Below, in pieces: positions 60,332-64,000 of a stretch of DNA of 64,000 bases (the stretch's first letter is position 1; each line of letters begins with the position of its first letter). Origin of the DNA: Setoptus koraiensis. Its lineage: Eukaryota; Animalia; Arthropoda. A program made the position numbers and the translations under genes. The notes below the pieces were generated by a model. It was not told the origin of the DNA, ran no database searches, and saw nothing but the letters and a program-made list of their open reading frames with translations. The DNA lies in contig CM106585.1 of the NCBI GenBank assembly GCA_048013815.1, positions 4,340,001 through 4,404,000 on the forward strand, read 5' to 3'.

Positions 60332-61837
60332 TCAAATAGGTATACCGTGCTTAACCTTTTTGTGCTCTTTGAGATAATCTTTGCGGCTATAAGAGTTATG
60401 GCATATCTCACATTCAAACCGCTCCCTATCGGTGAAGTGCCTATGCATATGTCTTCTCAGGCTACTTTGTGCTGTGAAAGTCAATCTACATAAGTGACAA
60501 ACGAAAGTCTTATCTGTTTTGTGTGAGTTGATTGGATTTTTTTACCATGAAAATTATTATTGTTAAGTGAGAAAAGAAACTAGGGGTCAGTTTGAGTTCT
60601 ACTAGAGGCATTATGACTAGAAATTTTTCCTTGCGGGAATAGATAGTAGAATAGGATAAAACTAACCTTGAGATTCTCCATTTATTTCATCATTGCCATT
60701 ATCGTCGACAGTTTGACCATCGAAAGATATTTCTGGCTTGAGATGGGTCTCATATTCTTCGTCATCTTCCCCGTAATGTTGTGATAAGGCTTGATGCCAA
60801 TCTTGTTCATCGCCATCTAGAAGCGAATCATTGTTATGAAAGGCATTGTTAGAATCGCAATCATCATCAACACAATCATTATTGCCCAAGTGTGCCGATG
60901 TATCAGAGTCCCCTCTCAAACTAGGTGTGTCGAGCCTTTGGTTTTCATCAGTGGACATCTCGTTACCACTAGACGATGGGCCGGCACCGTCAGAAATTGA
61001 CTGATCATTTAGTAGATCGGAATTGCCTTCCCCTTGCAATATTGTCATAATTGGTTTCCTCGATCTAACAGGTATTCTAATTTTTCTTCTTTTGTAAGAT
61101 GAAGTGCTAGTTGTAGTAGTTGAATTGTCTAAACTAATATTATTGTTATTAATATTGTTGTTATTGCCACAAGAATCACCACCATTAGTAATTTGCTGCA
61201 ATCCATTAGAGGCCGCCGCTGCAGCAGCCGCAGTATTGCCCATTATAATGGCTAATTGTTGATGCATGGTGGATGTTGGTCTATCGGCGGTCGATATCCT
61301 ATCATCGCCTGTTTCCACTGAGGGTGTGAAGAACTGATTATGTAACGACTTGTTGTTATTGTTACTATTATTAATATTATTGTTAGTGATATTATTTATC
61401 AAGTCACTATTGAAAAGTAAGCGATTAGTTAATGATGAGGTACTATTAGCCGACGAATCTGGATTATTAGGTATTTTACTGCTATTCACATTTGTTAGTC
61501 CTTTAATAGTTAATAATTCGGCCGTCTTCAAAAGGCTGGGCAAATGATTGAACGATATATACACCTCGCCACAATACATGTAATCGATCAAAGCTTTAAT
61601 ATCCTGATATTTGACATTAGGCAAGAAAATAACCGGATGCTTGCAAGTGTTTGTTTCGAGTATGTCGTGTAAGTATGTACTGCAAGCGGCTAAAATCATT
61701 TGATGGGCCTTGATGGATTTTCCCTCGCAAGCTAATGTTACATCTACGAAAGCCTGGTCGTCTAGCATCTGTTTGAAGACCTTGAGGACGGTGCCCGTGT
61801 GCTCGTTCCACCTAAGACAGAATTGCTGATCCGCCAT
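60332..61837 (-). CDS. Broad/fruitless/tramtrack-type BTB protein with two C2H2 zinc fingers, 450 aa; exons 61837-60667 and 60513-60332, 153-nt intron
   Basis: MADQQFCLRWN...DDQAFVDVTLACEGKSIKAH...CKHPVIFL. Donor CAAG|GTTAGT, acceptor AAACAG|AT, phase 1. The manually found exon 2 reads DKTFVCHLCRLTFTAQSSLRRHMHRHFTDRERFECEICHNSYSRKDYLKEHKKVKHGIPI*. Confidence 0.93.
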
Positions 61838-62399
61838 GTTTTGTTTGTTATTTGATGATCACAACTAATTACAACAGCTTTAAAAATTTGTGTGTAATCG
61901 TCGGGCGCAACAACGAGGCCAGATGTGAAGCGTCTCTGTGAAGTATGTCTCGAGGGGATAGCTACGTTGTTGAACGCACAATGTACGCCTTTTCTAAGAC
62001 GTAGAATATGAAGGCCGAATATAATAGTTCCTGGTGCTTGCTTGCCTGCGTGTGTTTCTGGTGTATTGCCTAATGTTTTGCTAAATTTAAAAAATGTCTC
62101 GCAATGGTTATTGGTTCTGGTGGTTTATCTATGATTTTGTGTCTCCAATGGAGCCCGTGAGTTGTGGGGTGCAAGCGAAGCTGATGGGCGGTCGGGCGGG
62201 TCGGTTGTTCAATCTAGACTGTACACAATGACATGTGTGTCTAGCAATGGTTGCTATACGAGGAGCTTCATGGTTTTTGTGGGCACCATCGCTGCTCGGA
62301 TTGAGGCAATTGAATGAGTAATAGTGCAAATAAGTGAGCCAAAAATTAGTTAGCAAACAACGATTCGTTGTGCTGGTGCCGCTGCCGCTGCATCCACTG

Positions 62400-62630
62400 T
62401 CCTTTGTATTTATCCTGGGGTTGTTGTTGTTTTTTGATAATAATTAATATTAGTGTGGTGTTTGTATCATAGGTCCGTCGGATTAAATTGAATTAGCGGC
62501 CAATAATATTGCTGTGTGCCAATAGGGACCTGTGACAAGCCCATGATGATAAAATAGAATAAAATAAAATAATATTAAACGATCATATGCTGGCTGGCTG
62601 TCTGGCTAGCTGGCGCACTGGTGCTAGCAG

Positions 62631-62666
<36 letters not shown>

Positions 62667-63668
62667 GGTCAGGCAAACAGGGAGGGTGAGGCAGGCCTAC
62701 GAGCAGCTTACATAATGTGTGTGTGTGTGTTTGTATGAGTTTGAGTGCGTGCGTGTGTTTGTGCGGCTATCTCACTGGGTGCGTGCGTGTGCCTGTGTGT
62801 GCGCGTTAGTGCGATGTGATGTTGATGTGAATTGGATCGGATCGGATCGTATTTTGTTGGATTTTGTTGCCGCCGCCGCCGTCAGTATTGAGACGGCGAG
62901 ATGTGATGTGATGTGATGCGATGTTGCGCGATGGCCATAAATGTTGTTGTGGCGGCTGGTTGTTACATTCACTGGCAAAGTGGCTTCTCTATCGTCGATT
63001 GCACTTGGTCATTTTCAATAGCGCCAGTCAATGGTAGTTATGTGTCATCTGGTCGCCTGTCCGATCTGGTATTTCAAATCCGGTGTTGGCACACGACCAT
63101 TCATGTGAGTGTGTGTGTGTGTCGTTCACTAAAAGCTTGCACTGGCTACACCGAGTATACCGAGAATTTTGTGTGAGCCGAGTCTGGCAGTCTCGCACAC
63201 GTCACAGTGCTGCTCGCTGGCGGGTTTCTGTATCGGCGGCGACGGCGCCGATTCACACAAACGCCCAAAGTCCGACAAGAGGATTGCAGCTCGTCGTCGG
63301 AGTTACACGCCGTGCAACAACGGATAAAGCTGCTGCAAGAGTGTGCGACGAGCAGAACAACCAGCAACAACTGCTATACGCTATGCGTTGTACGCTCCTG
63401 GTTGCGAACGCTCAAACGATGTGTGTTACGTAATGCCCTGGCTTCCATCGCCTGCATGCACCATGATGATGATGATGGTAAACAAGTAATGGCGAGCGAG
63501 GGCTAGGTTGGCATCACCACGGTTGCCTGGGTGGCAGCCACCAATACCATGCCAGGCCATGTTAGCAACCACGCAGACTGGTTCATTGAGGTTGCTCCCT
63601 GTACCATGGCCGTGTCGATACCATCATCGCCGCTACCAACAGCAACACACAACCACACGACAACGAAG

Positions 63669-63708
<40 letters not shown>

Positions 63709-63900
63709 GCATGCATAAACCTGTCGTAACCTGTGCGTCTCTCTATATTTCTAGTCGTAGCGCGACTGGCGTACAAGCTAACCAGTCTTATGGAACAACG
63801 CACACATGCTCACGGTCAAACAACAACAACGAGAAAAAAAACAACATACACATTTCATTCTGGGCACACACACTCCGACGGAATCAACACCGACACAAAA
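62400..63900. repeat. Microsatellite-rich upstream region: (CA)n, (GATGT)n, (GGATC)n
   Basis: Read directly from the sequence. Confidence 0.75.
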
Positions 63901-64000
63901 CAGGTACGAACTAACGGTAACTACAACATCTGGTGCTGCATTCTACCCACGCTACCTGCATAACGCGCTTGTTAGTGCCCCAATTGTCGGTCGGCCATTT

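Overview
Eukaryotic nuclear DNA with GT-AG introns, microsatellites and a tRNA gene. There is no sign of prokaryotic systems, CRISPR arrays or intact transposons. The genes are animal genes and nearly intronless, with surviving introns of 111-153 nt; my inference is a miniaturised arthropod genome, most like a small acariform (eriophyoid-type) mite. I can support 12 protein genes and one tRNA. These are TAF1 (intronless, ending after one bromodomain), HMBS, RpL30 (spliced, absent from the ORF track), tRNA-Thr(UGU), HMGB/DSP1, CYFIP/Sra-1, an HSD17B12/HSDL1-type SDR, a Spot14/MID1IP1 protein, a short TTC4-like protein, two tandem tramtrack-type BTB-zinc-finger genes, and two orphan paralogues. 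The orphans share a ~46% identical C-terminal bZIP-like domain. The first ~14 kb has no recognisable gene. It is a GC-rich domain packed with short tandem micro-duplications, perfect hairpins and palindromes, and recurrent motifs (GGGCCC[C]ATT, TTACGTAA). The leads most worth following are: (1) the orphan bZIP-like pair, with matching C/EBP-type upstream sites, poly(A) signals fused to the stop codon, and RNA Pol II CTD-like repeats in one copy; (2) TAF1 lacking bromodomain 2 and lying tail-to-tail with one orphan; (3) the hairpin/duplication domain, including a candidate micropeptide gene and an E-box + PAR-bZIP array. All identifications come from motif recognition by eye; no database search was run.
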